DNA of 64,000 nucleotides from positions 3,905 through 67,904 of IMG/VR virus record IMGVR_UViG_3300031565_000016. One strand, written 5' to 3'. The stretch comes from a virus. The position numbers and the translations under genes were made by a program. The notes beneath the pieces were generated by a model that did no database searches, had not been told where the DNA came from, and saw nothing but the letters and a program-made list of their open reading frames with translations. Positions 37,510-46,683 of this stretch are shown piece by piece (within the stretch, counting starts at the first letter, position 1; each line of letters starts with the position of its first letter).

Positions 37510-39269
37510 AACATACCTCTACTACTTTTTTGCGGTGGCCCTGCATATTTTATAAAAAGTTGTTGCATTAAGTCATCCCCTGAACTGCATTCTTTTCCTT
37601 CCACTATCTGGTCAATCATTTCTCGTTTAATGTCCCAGTTGGCCATAATATCCATATCAATTGTTCCATCAGCTGGTAGGTAGAAGCATGTTACAGGGTT
37701 CTTCTGCCCTGGCCTTAGCACACGGTCTTCTGCCTGGTCACTATCCGCTGGGCTATGTGTAAACTCAATAAATACGGTGGTGTCGCACACATGTTGCATC
37801 CCATCCAACCCAGTACCTGCACTTTGTGCATTACCAATAAAAAATGTGCAACTTTCATCTTCTAAAAACTTATCGAGGGCTGCAGTTTTATTCTTTTGTG
37901 ACATGCCTCCATAGTACAGCACACTTTCGTTTTTATAATATTCATGTATGTACTCAACCACTGCGCGGTGCCATGCAAATATCACTAATTTTTTACCAGG
38001 GTTAGTTTCTTTGTAATCATCCAGCCATTGCATAACAGCAGCTTTTTTTATATCAAAGGCACTGCTCATTAGGGCTTTTACTGCAGCTTCTATTTTTATT
38101 GCTTCACTTTGGGCAATACCTTTTGTTTCTTCCTTAAATAAGGCTACACGTTTATTCCATTCGCCACTATCTATTTCCATGGGAACAATTACCCGTGTTT
38201 TTTCTGGCAGGTCTTTTAGTACGTCTGTTTTTCTAAAACGTATCATAACATTTTTAATTGCGTTATGAAGTACCTTTGGGTCTTTGCACCCCGGCAATTC
38301 ATGGTCACCATACCCATCATGTTTTATTATGCAAAATTTACGTTTAAACGTTGTTAGTTTTGGAAACCTGGTATTATCACAAAGGTTTAGTGGTAACCAA
38401 AATTGACTTGGTTTTGTTTTTATTGGGGTTCCAGATAAAGGTATAAAATTTGGTATTGCGTTTGCAATTTCTTTGAGGGCTTTACCACGCACTGTTTCTA
38501 TATTATTGCAAAATTGTATTTCATCCGCAATTGCTGTTTTAAACCCGGCCTGTTTTATAAAACGGTACCAACTATCCTTCTGCATTTCTTTAACTTTGTT
38601 ATTAACTTCCCTGCCATTTTTCATTACTTTTTTAGTGACTTCCTTTCTATAACCTAGAATGTCCCAGTTTATTACATAGGTCATCCCGCGTTCTAATGGT
38701 CTCCCACGTCTCCCACTCAAAATTGTCACCGGTGCACCAACCCAATCAGCCCAATATTTTGCCCATTGTAATCTCAAAGTAGCAGGGCATATAATAACTG
38801 CAGGCATATGTGCCTTTTTCATTTTGCAATATAGTGCAGCAATAACACTTTTACCAAGCGCCATGTCCAACCCCAGAAACCCACGGCCGTGACGCCACAC
38901 TAAAAATTGTAGACATTCATATTGGTAATCCCAAGGGTGGAGCCCATTAGCACCAGCAACAACCCCCAAATCTAATTTTTTCCATGGTTTATCATCTTTT
39001 TGATTATTAAATTCAGGCCCATCACCCTCTATTTCAAATGCATAAAGTGGGCTTTCAATAAGTTCTCTATTTTCAGGTAAATCAGGGCATTCCCAATACC
39101 CACCAGCTGAGTTCCATTCCCATACTAAATTACTTGCTGGTGGTCTTAAACGCATATTCCTATTTTTAGATCGAATATCTTCAATCATTTCTTTGTCATA
39201 GGGCGAAAATAGATGTATTTTACCATCTTCTATTCTCGCCCATCTATCATTTAAGTTTACGTCTGCCAT
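37506..39269 (-). CDS. SNF2-family (SF2) helicase/translocase
   Basis: DMALGKS, ICPA, ADEIQ, LSGTP, AGTGLD, QAEDRVLRPGQ. Confidence 0.9.
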   Translation of the reverse strand: MADVNLNDRWARIEDGKIHLFSPYDKEMIEDIRSKNRNMRLRPPASNLVWEWNSAGGYWECPDLPENRELIESPLYAFEIEGDGPEFNNQKDDKPWKKLDLGVVAGANGLHPWDYQYECLQFLVWRHGRGFLGLDMALGKSVIAALYCKMKKAHMPAVIICPATLRLQWAKYWADWVGAPVTILSGRRGRPLERGMTYVINWDILGYRKEVTKKVMKNGREVNNKVKEMQKDSWYRFIKQAGFKTAIADEIQFCNNIETVRGKALKEIANAIPNFIPLSGTPIKTKPSQFWLPLNLCDNTRFPKLTTFKRKFCIIKHDGYGDHELPGCKDPKVLHNAIKNVMIRFRKTDVLKDLPEKTRVIVPMEIDSGEWNKRVALFKEETKGIAQSEAIKIEAAVKALMSSAFDIKKAAVMQWLDDYKETNPGKKLVIFAWHRAVVEYIHEYYKNESVLYYGGMSQKNKTAALDKFLEDESCTFFIGNAQSAGTGLDGMQHVCDTTVFIEFTHSPADSDQAEDRVLRPGQKNPVTCFYLPADGTIDMDIMANWDIKREMIDQIVEGKECSSGDDLMQQLFIKYAGPPQKSSRGMF

Positions 39270-39387
39270 ATTATTATTATAACAAGTTATAGTGTTAATT
39301 GTTTTTGTAATGTGTTTATACGAGCCTTAATTTTGTGCAACGACCCTATTGAATATTTTAAATTTTGTGTAGCTACAAATTCTTTTT

Positions 39388-40290
39388 TCATTTTATACCT
39401 GCTAATTGTTTTAATATTCTGCAATCTGTAAACCCAAGCTCGTCTGGGTCTTTCAAACTATCCCACCTTATACGCTCAGAATTTACACCCATTGCCTTAA
39501 GTTCTAGTACATGCTTCCCAGCTTTTTCCCAAGCACGTTCATCACTTGGGTCAAAAAGGAACACAACTTTATTAAATCTTTCTGCTAATTTATTTATCTG
39601 CCCGTCTGTAAGTGCAGAGCCAAAACCTGTACCAACACCCTTTCCCATTCTAAAAACGTCAAAAGCACCCTCTACAATACCAACTGTTTTACTATGCCAG
39701 TCATCCAACCCGAATATTATATCCTTATAATGTATTAAACTTTCTTCGGGTGTGGCACTCAACCAACGTTTTCTGGGGTCGGTACCCAAAACATCACGCC
39801 CCTGGTAACTCACAACGCGGTGTTCCCATGTTATCGGTATTATAACTTTATGTTCCCACCCAATATCACCACCATGTGTAAAATGCAACTGATATTTTTT
39901 TGTCAAATATTCTGGGCTGTACCCACGTGATTTCAGGTATTCTATGTGGCTTTGTCTAGGTTCTGGGTGCCCTGGCATATGCAATATAGTTGTATTTTGC
40001 CTTTTTTCTTTTATATAATGGTTTTGCCCAGAATTACCATACCCCTGCAACAGGCCAAAAGCTTCACCTTTGCCGATATTAAGTAATTCACTGATTACAT
40101 CAACATTACCAACGCCACCACATGACCAGCAGTTGTAACCGCCTGTTTTTACATCAAAACCACCAAAATACTTTGTATCACCACCTTTGTGGTTTAACCT
40201 AAACGGGCAGCATATATTCAACCAGCCAGTACTATCCTGCCTATATTGTATTCTGTAATCATTTAGAAATTTTAGTACGTTCCAAGCCAT
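39388..40290 (-). CDS. DNA primase (Zn finger plus TOPRIM)
   Basis: CPF...CWSCG, YL-x-SRG, IIPI, YQGR, IVEGAFD, FDP-x-D, KDPDE. Confidence 0.9.
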   Translation of the reverse strand: MAWNVLKFLNDYRIQYRQDSTGWLNICCPFRLNHKGGDTKYFGGFDVKTGGYNCWSCGGVGNVDVISELLNIGKGEAFGLLQGYGNSGQNHYIKEKRQNTTILHMPGHPEPRQSHIEYLKSRGYSPEYLTKKYQLHFTHGGDIGWEHKVIIPITWEHRVVSYQGRDVLGTDPRKRWLSATPEESLIHYKDIIFGLDDWHSKTVGIVEGAFDVFRMGKGVGTGFGSALTDGQINKLAERFNKVVFLFDPSDERAWEKAGKHVLELKAMGVNSERIRWDSLKDPDELGFTDCRILKQLAGIK

Positions 40291-40296
40291 AGTGTA

Positions 40297-40551
40297 TTAC
40301 CAGTCACTGTTTAATGTGCTGTGCTCTATAAATCGTATTATAGCACTGTGGGCTTCTTCCAAACTTAAAATTTCAACTTTATAGTTACGGGTATTGTACG
40401 AATTACCATCTTTGGTGCGGATATAAGGTGCATCCCCACTATTGTTGAATTTTAATAAATCAATTTCATGTTCTGGTATAAAACGCACAGGGCACTCATT
40501 TGGTGAATCGCCTTTATATGTTAATTTGTAATAGTACATTATTGCTCCCAT
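40297..40551 (-). CDS. Hypothetical protein
   Basis: 84 aa ORF. Confidence 0.5.
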   Translation of the reverse strand: MGAIMYYYKLTYKGDSPNECPVRFIPEHEIDLLKFNNSGDAPYIRTKDGNSYNTRNYKVEILSLEEAHSAIIRFIEHSTLNSDW

Positions 40552-40560
40552 TTTTTAAAT

Positions 40561-40770
40561 TTAACATTCTAATTTAAATTCAGCCACGTGATTTCGTAAC
40601 CATTTTAATTTTGTTATAAAGGTTGTACCAGGTATAAAAGCTATTTCTGGTATTGCAAAACCTTCCAAAACACATTTATCTCTTAACCCACGGAGTACCA
40701 TGCCTGCGTTAGCCTCATCATTAAAGTTGCCGAACCTATTTCCAAAACCTATCATGCCAATTCTTTGCAT
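40561..40770 (-). CDS. Hypothetical protein
   Basis: 69 aa; AAGGTGG RBS after a TTTTATAATAA motif. Confidence 0.5.
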   Translation of the reverse strand: MQRIGMIGFGNRFGNFNDEANAGMVLRGLRDKCVLEGFAIPEIAFIPGTTFITKLKWLRNHVAEFKLEC

Positions 40771-40830
40771 ACTATTACCACCTTATTGATATTATTATAA
40801 AAAGAAAAGTATGAAACTTCATAATTCTGC

Positions 40831-40891
40831 AATATATATGTAACTTATATACTCTAATACTTATATACTCTGATATAATATATATATATAT
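40831..40891. other. Candidate replication origin: AT-rich tract with iteron-like repeats
   Basis: ACTTATATACTCT at 40843-40855 and 40859-40871, then an (AT)n run; upstream of the primase/helicase genes. Confidence 0.4.
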
Positions 40892-40904
40892 GCCTTTTGG
40901 AAAT

Positions 40905-41460
40905 TTTAGGTATAGCTTACCCAGACTAGTAAAAGTCTAGGCATCTGCTTCTTTTGGTGAATCCCAAGGCAAATGCTCTGTATTGATTGTGGTTTTAGCT
41001 ACCACATGGCCCTTTTTACGCACTTCACAACCTACAATACAGCCCAGTAGTGGTTGCCCACTAAAACGGTGTCATTTTGGTAGTAGCACATTATTATGCA
41101 TTATTCACCCAGCAATTGGTGACCTGCACTACTCCGCAAGTATCGACGGCCTGTCTGTAACTGCTCCGCCTGGGCCATTGTTTCAAATGCATGGTGCACA
41201 ATGACTCACAAAATGCATATCGAGCCCATTTCAGTTGCCATCACGGGTTGCAAATTGCTTAAAACTGGTATTCCGTGCCCCAGTTTCTAATGGGCATATA
41301 ATAAACGATTATTTGCTCTTTTAATCTGAAAAAATATAGTTGATAATAAGCACAACTTTTGATCTTCACTACTACTGCCGAAAGATTAGGGGGGTGTAAC
41401 CCCCCCATTCAGACGAAAAGTAGGCGTTTTGATTGTTGGGAGCAACTCCAACCGCCTATA
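40905..41460 (-). ncRNA. Putative ~550-nt multi-domain structured RNA of unknown family
   Basis: No credible ORF, GC-richer than flanks, more than 12 nested stems found by eye; TTGTATATT -10-like element ends ~6 nt before the first stem. Confidence 0.6.
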
Positions 41461-41496
41461 TTCAAATATACAACAATTAAATATACTTTGGTAGTA

Positions 41497-42042
41497 TTAT
41501 TCACCAATAAGGTAATAATATTCTGAAGTTTTTATTTCTGTGCAATCTTCAGGCATTTCACCAAGTGAACCTATACAGGGTGAAATAAGATACCCACCTA
41601 TCATTTCTTTAATAGGGCAAGATTCCCCTATTATTTTAAATCTTGCAATTTCTGTATTAATAAAGTCTGAGCCAAGTACTGTGCGAACTTTAAACCTAGG
41701 CACTTCTTTTAACGCATTTATTTCTTTTTTTAATTCTCTGCCTAGTTTTGTTTTTAATGCAGGAACCCACATTGAATTTTTTGCATCCCACCTAACACTT
41801 CTTGGTACTTTTCCATAGGTAATTGCCTGTTTTTCATCTTTTATACAGTATTCACCATTTTTACTTGCAAAACGAAAACCAGCAATACCACCAGCTAAGT
41901 AATAGGAGTTGCAAATAATTTCAGTTGCCCCCATTGATTTCCCGTAATTTAGGTTTTCGTTTTTTACCAGTTTTACATGTTTTCTGAATTGTTTTAATTT
42001 TTCAGCTGTTACACTGCCTGGTTTTGTTTTATAATACATCAT
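41497..42042 (-). CDS. Hypothetical protein
   Basis: 181 aa with AGGGG RBS. Confidence 0.6.
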   Translation of the reverse strand: MMYYKTKPGSVTAEKLKQFRKHVKLVKNENLNYGKSMGATEIICNSYYLAGGIAGFRFASKNGEYCIKDEKQAITYGKVPRSVRWDAKNSMWVPALKTKLGRELKKEINALKEVPRFKVRTVLGSDFINTEIARFKIIGESCPIKEMIGGYLISPCIGSLGEMPEDCTEIKTSEYYYLIGE

Positions 42043-42055
42043 AGTTCCCCCTAAT

Positions 42056-42691
42056 TTAATTTAATTGATTATGTTTGTAACATATACCACCTGGGTCTAC
42101 TGTATTGTCGAAAATTTCGTAAATGAAATCACGCAAATCAGCTAATGCTTTTTTTAAACGGCTTGAGTCCCAGCCCCATTTCGAAACTAATTCTAATAAA
42201 TTGTTATATGTCAACCGTAATTGTTTCCCCAAATTTGAAAGAAGCTGCCCAGATACAAGTTCACCATGTAATTTTTTTGCATCCACAGTCAATTCTGTGT
42301 AAAGCATGTTCATATCTAAGGTGCATGCTTCATCAAATGGCTCAAATTCAACCAACTCACTGTCACCATTTGCTGCGGTATTAAATATGGCATTATAATC
42401 ACTTTGCATTGCATGTTGCTTATTATATTTAAACAAAAAGGCTTTGTCCTGTTGTTTGTACCAGTACCTATAATTAAGCTTTTTAAGGTGTATTACAAGG
42501 TGTGTGATAAATTTGGCACCCTTAGTACTATCATAGCAATTAAGTGCTTCAAAGAATATTAAAACACCTTCTTGCACCATGTCCTCAAAATGTTCTTCAC
42601 TTGGTTTTAATTTCATAACTGCTTTTTTTATAGTGCCCATATATTTATTTATATCTTCACCATGTGTTGTTTTTATTTCTAAATTTTTCAT
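42056..42691 (-). CDS. Truncated phage sigma-70-like factor (region 2, no clear region 4)
   Basis: FEDMVQEG-x-L-x-FFEAL-x-x-YD-x-TKGAKFITHL. Confidence 0.78.
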   Translation of the reverse strand: MKNLEIKTTHGEDINKYMGTIKKAVMKLKPSEEHFEDMVQEGVLIFFEALNCYDSTKGAKFITHLVIHLKKLNYRYWYKQQDKAFLFKYNKQHAMQSDYNAIFNTAANGDSELVEFEPFDEACTLDMNMLYTELTVDAKKLHGELVSGQLLSNLGKQLRLTYNNLLELVSKWGWDSSRLKKALADLRDFIYEIFDNTVDPGGICYKHNQLN

Positions 42692-42721
42692 TTTTTTGCC
42701 TCGTCTGTTTGCTCTTTAATA

Positions 42722-42766
42722 GAATATATAATAAAGCACAAGTAAAAACAAGCACTTTTTTAAAAA
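42722..42766 (-). promoter_or_regulatory. Early-type promoter for the truncated sigma
   Basis: TTTTAAAAAAGT-GC-TTGTTT-N17-TATATT; leader ends ACGAGGCA like the 96-bp module. Confidence 0.65.
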
Positions 42767-42803
42767 ATAATAATTTTAATTATATATTTATATTTATTTT
42801 TGA

Positions 42804-43808
42804 CTATTGCTCTATATAACCAGCCATTTTTATTTTTGGGAGCACTGTTTTTCTCCACTCTTCATGATTTGTTATTTTTAAACGGAGTTCTTCACTGGTC
42901 TGTATGTAATTAGCTATTTTTTTAACTGTAGTACTTATTTTTTCTGGTTGCAATTCCACCCCATACCCCCTACTCATCCAATCTAAAAAACCACGGAAAA
43001 GTTTTTTATTTGCATCATCAGCCACTGGTTTTGGGAATACGGTAAAATCACCATGCCATATTTCTTCTATATAATACCCAAACATATTCAGAAATTTGTC
43101 TGTTGTAGACACATAAGCCCACCCAGGGGGTACAACACCAATTTCTTGTAATTTTTTCTTTTTGTCATAATACCAATCTAAAAATGGCAATATACTTTCT
43201 AGTAAAATGCCACGTTGGGTTGGGGTATTGTTTTCACCTAATTTACTCAAAAAGTAACTAATAGTATTCCTATGTACATTTTGTGCAATTAGAATATGCA
43301 ACAAAAATTTAAAACGCTCCTCAGGTTTGCTTGGCAAAGCATCTTTATTTAACCAGAATAATGCAAGAGATTCTGGCAATGCTTTTGAATATTTATATGG
43401 TTTAAAATATAAAAAGGTATTTAATGTTATTCTGTCATGCCTAATACCACAGGCATTTATATTTTTAGCCAAACGTGCCCTAGTGTATTTTTTAGCTAGG
43501 TGCTCTATTACATTAAGTATTTCATTTCTACTCGTGTCACAGAGGTCTTCCATACTTTGCCCAGCATTTAAAGGGTTGCTTAATTTTAATTTATGGTATG
43601 TATTATTATTTAACATCATAATTATTGTATTCAAGTCTGTAACCCATGAAGTTTCTGCGCTTTGTGGCAGAATAAACGGTGTATCTTTTGGGTCAAGCCC
43701 ATTTTCTGCTGCATCACTTTTCCAAATATTATTACATGTTGTTGATACATTCACAATAAATGAATATAATTCTGATAAATTTTTATTTGTGTCTTCAAAC
43801 AAGCTCAT
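42804..43808 (-). CDS. Hypothetical 334-aa protein in the replication region
   Basis: Long ORF with GGGGGTG RBS; no motif recognised. Confidence 0.6.
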   Translation of the reverse strand: MSLFEDTNKNLSELYSFIVNVSTTCNNIWKSDAAENGLDPKDTPFILPQSAETSWVTDLNTIIMMLNNNTYHKLKLSNPLNAGQSMEDLCDTSRNEILNVIEHLAKKYTRARLAKNINACGIRHDRITLNTFLYFKPYKYSKALPESLALFWLNKDALPSKPEERFKFLLHILIAQNVHRNTISYFLSKLGENNTPTQRGILLESILPFLDWYYDKKKKLQEIGVVPPGWAYVSTTDKFLNMFGYYIEEIWHGDFTVFPKPVADDANKKLFRGFLDWMSRGYGVELQPEKISTTVKKIANYIQTSEELRLKITNHEEWRKTVLPKIKMAGYIEQ

Positions 43809-43833
43809 TAAAACACCCCAATACTACTTTATT

Positions 43834-43895
43834 ATATTATAAAAATTTATTTTACTATAATAGTATAAAGTTTACTTTTGGACTTTTTATAATAA
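43834..43895. promoter_or_regulatory. Divergent class-2 (TTTTATAAT) promoters at the strand switch
   Basis: TTTTATAATAT on minus at 43834-43844 and TTTTATAATAA on plus at 43885-43895. Confidence 0.6.
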
Positions 43896-43904
43896 AAATA
43901 GAAA

Positions 43905-44054
43905 ATGGTTGTTTTAGTTAAATCTAAATTAGATTATCATGAAAAAGTAAAAGAACCAGAATTTAATGGTGTTAAACTAGACCCAATTTACGAAGCAAAA
44001 TGTATTGAATTTATAAAAGACAATGACATTTTATGGGTAATTGGGCACAGATAG
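43905..44054 (+). CDS. 49-aa ORF, possible C-terminal remnant of a PLP-dependent enzyme (not in ORF track)
   Basis: [49 protein letters not shown]. Confidence 0.35.
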   Translation: MVVLVKSKLDYHEKVKEPEFNGVKLDPIYEAKCIEFIKDNDILWVIGHR

Positions 44055-44062
44055 GAGTAAAA

Positions 44063-45388
44063 ATGAAACAATATTTAGATTTATTGCAGCAAATAAAAGA
44101 CGAAGGAAATCAAAAGGGGGACAGAACAGGTACCGGGACGATAAGCATTTTTGGTGCTCAAATGCGGTTTGATCTTTCAAAAGGGTTCCCATTGGTAACA
44201 ACTAAAAAAGTGTTCCTAAAGGGAATTATACACGAGCTATTGTGGATTATTTCAGGAGATCCTAATATTAAGTACTTGCAGGATAATGGTGTTAATATTT
44301 GGAATGAGTGGGCTGATGAGCACGGTGATTTAGGGCCTGTATACGGCAACCGTTGGCGTAAATGGGGCAAACCTGAATCTGTTATACAAAAAAAGCCAAA
44401 ACTAAGAAAAGGTGTTAAGCCCACATACCTAGGTGTAGGTAATGGGAAAGGCAAGGAAGGGCATTGGTTAGCAAAAACCTGGGAAGGTATGATGGCACGG
44501 TGCTATGATAAAAATAGCAGTATGTATAAAAATTACGGTGGCAAAGGTGTTTCTGTTAGTGATGAATGGCTTGAGTTTATTGTGTTTGCTGAAACAGTCA
44601 AAAATATACCTGGGTATGATTTAAAAGTAAAAAACAAAAAAGCCTTTGAAGTACAGCTTGACAAAGACATAATGGGCAATGGTTTTCTCTATTCACCTGA
44701 AACTTGTATGTGGGTAAAAGCTTCTGACAATATACTCCCAACACATGAGTATACAGTGGTAAAAAATGGGGTGGAATATAAATTTACAAAATCAGTGAAA
44801 TTCTGCGAAGAACACAAAATTGAACCCAAAAACTTTTCCGACTTATGGACAGGTAACAAAAATGCTAAAAGTAGAGGTGGTTTTTCCTTTGTTTCTAAAC
44901 GCTGCTTACACCCAAAAATAGATCAATTGGCAGATGCTATACATAAAATTAAAAATAATCCAAATGATCGTAGAATTGTAGTGACAGCGTGGGATCCTTC
45001 CTATATTGAAGACATGGCCTTACCCCCATGCCATATGTTTTTTCAATTTTATGTAAATGATGGAAAGTTAAGCTGCCAAATGTACCAACGCTCTGCTGAT
45101 ATGTTCCTTGGTGTTCCTTTTAATATTGCATCCTATGCATTATTAACAATGATGGTTGCACAAGTATGTAATTTGACACCTGGTGCATTTATTCACACAA
45201 TTGGTGACGCTCATATTTATAATAACCATATAGAACAAATAACTGAGCAATTAACAAGGGAACCAAAAAAACTACCAACAATGAAAATAAACCCAGAAGT
45301 TACAGATATTGATAAGTTTAAATATAGTGATTTCGAATTAGTTGGGTATGAACACCACCCAGCAATAAAAGGCAAAGTTTCTGTATAA
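44063..45388 (+). CDS. thyA: Thymidylate synthase with in-frame HNH-type endonuclease insertion
   Basis: [33 protein letters not shown]-x-FLGVPFN, GDAHIY; start MKQY after AGGAG; 184-codon insert. Confidence 0.93.
   Translation: MKQYLDLLQQIKDEGNQKGDRTGTGTISIFGAQMRFDLSKGFPLVTTKKVFLKGIIHELLWIISGDPNIKYLQDNGVNIWNEWADEHGDLGPVYGNRWRKWGKPESVIQKKPKLRKGVKPTYLGVGNGKGKEGHWLAKTWEGMMARCYDKNSSMYKNYGGKGVSVSDEWLEFIVFAETVKNIPGYDLKVKNKKAFEVQLDKDIMGNGFLYSPETCMWVKASDNILPTHEYTVVKNGVEYKFTKSVKFCEEHKIEPKNFSDLWTGNKNAKSRGGFSFVSKRCLHPKIDQLADAIHKIKNNPNDRRIVVTAWDPSYIEDMALPPCHMFFQFYVNDGKLSCQMYQRSADMFLGVPFNIASYALLTMMVAQVCNLTPGAFIHTIGDAHIYNNHIEQITEQLTREPKKLPTMKINPEVTDIDKFKYSDFELVGYEHHPAIKGKVSV
44366..44917 (+). mobile_element. 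HNH-family homing-endonuclease-like domain inserted in frame in thyA
   Basis: W-x-GMMARCY...Y[20 protein letters not shown]...LDKD...YSPETC-x-WV...N, then a NUMOD/HTH-like tail. Confidence 0.78.
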
Positions 45389-45410
45389 ACACAAACGAAA
45401 AGGATAATAA

Positions 45411-46538
45411 ATGCAAATAGAAAAAAATGCACTTATAAGTGCAATAGATAGGGTTATGCCTGGTATAAGCAAGGGGAAAACCGACCTTGCAGGCATGGAC
45501 ACAATAATAATAGACGAAGTTGGCCTCCATGCGTTTAATGGTACAATTTGTGCAACTGTTGCACTTGATACAGGTGGTATAAAGGGCGCTGTTGTTGGTG
45601 ATAAGTTTTTTAAACTTGTGAAAAGTTTAAAAGGTGATGATGTGTTGTTGGAGCATACCGATGCAGGGCTACTTGTAAAATGTGGCAGAAATAAAACCAC
45701 ATTATCATGGATAGTTGATATTGCTACCCCAGAATTTATCGCTGAATATCATAACATGGAACCAAGTATTCCCTTACCAGAAGATTTCCAAGATGCATTG
45801 CGTGTTTGTAACATACCTACAAATACAAAAGATTATGCAGGTACAATTTTCTGTGATAATAATGTATACAGCACAGACCAAATCAGATCTAATATTTACA
45901 AATTTGAGACACCATTATTAGATGATGCTGGGGCACCAGCTAAATTTTGGGTAAGTTTGCAAAATAGTTTACAACTGTTAAAATTGAATGACAAATTCAC
46001 ACACTACACCAAACGGCACACTCTAAGTGATGGCACGGTGGAAGAGGACGTTTGGGTGCATTTCAAAACATCAGAAGGGACAATATTTAGTTGTACCTTA
46101 CTAAATATGGAACCTGCCAATGTTGTTATTCCGTTCCTTGCCAACTTTGGTGCATTGCAAAAAGAAGAAGGAGAGACTGAGGGCATCTTGCCACAAGATT
46201 TTCCAGATGCAATCAAACGTGTTGGTGTTGTTAGCAGCAAAAGCCAGGATGGTGCACTTGATTTTGTCAAATTAACTTTCAGCAAAGAAAGTTTGGCAAT
46301 AAATTCAAAAAGTAAAGCTGGCACTTCGGATGAAGTATTAGATTGGCCTACTGATGGAATTAAGATCAAAGAATCATTCAGTTGCCTGTACCCTGTTTCT
46401 TATTTAACAGAAATATATGAAAAAGCGAAGGAATTTTTTGTTAAAGAACTGCAAGGTGGAAACGGCCCAGTTACTGTTTTAATTTTTAATTCTGGTGGTT
46501 ACAGACACCTGGTTAGCAATTTAAGCGACCCAGGTTAA
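45411..46538 (+). CDS. Sliding clamp (DNA Pol III beta-like)
   Basis: 375 aa; MQIEKNAL-x-x-AI-x-x-V N-terminus, AFNG and STDQ motifs, three-domain size; next to the polymerase. Confidence 0.7.
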   Translation: MQIEKNALISAIDRVMPGISKGKTDLAGMDTIIIDEVGLHAFNGTICATVALDTGGIKGAVVGDKFFKLVKSLKGDDVLLEHTDAGLLVKCGRNKTTLSWIVDIATPEFIAEYHNMEPSIPLPEDFQDALRVCNIPTNTKDYAGTIFCDNNVYSTDQIRSNIYKFETPLLDDAGAPAKFWVSLQNSLQLLKLNDKFTHYTKRHTLSDGTVEEDVWVHFKTSEGTIFSCTLLNMEPANVVIPFLANFGALQKEEGETEGILPQDFPDAIKRVGVVSSKSQDGALDFVKLTFSKESLAINSKSKAGTSDEVLDWPTDGIKIKESFSCLYPVSYLTEIYEKAKEFFVKELQGGNGPVTVLIFNSGGYRHLVSNLSDPG

Positions 46539-46683
46539 TTAGAAATTGGACGCTTATGGGTAAGCCCAATCAAATAAAATAAACCCACAATAGGGGTGCA
46601 ATGCCCCTTTTATTACCATATATTGTGGTTAACATTCATAATGTATATAAAATTTATTATATTTAGAAAATATAAAGGTATGT

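Noticed and set aside
40983-41204. 73-aa plus-strand ORF in the structured region
   Set aside because: TTG start without RBS, opposite to all neighbours, and atypical composition; probably spurious.
40905-41460. Group I/II intron, tmRNA or RNase P RNA
   Set aside because: No interrupted gene, no group II domain V, no tmRNA termini and no RNase P P4 consensus were seen by eye. Rfam was not run.
44366-44917. Intein or group I intron in thyA
   Set aside because: No N-terminal Cys/Ser block, no His-Asn before a Cys/Ser/Thr, no stop codon, and no recognisable non-coding intron core at either junction.
44063-45388. dCMP/dUMP hydroxymethylase indicating modified DNA
   Set aside because: Motifs match canonical ThyA including PFNIASY, and no intact modification cluster was recognised.
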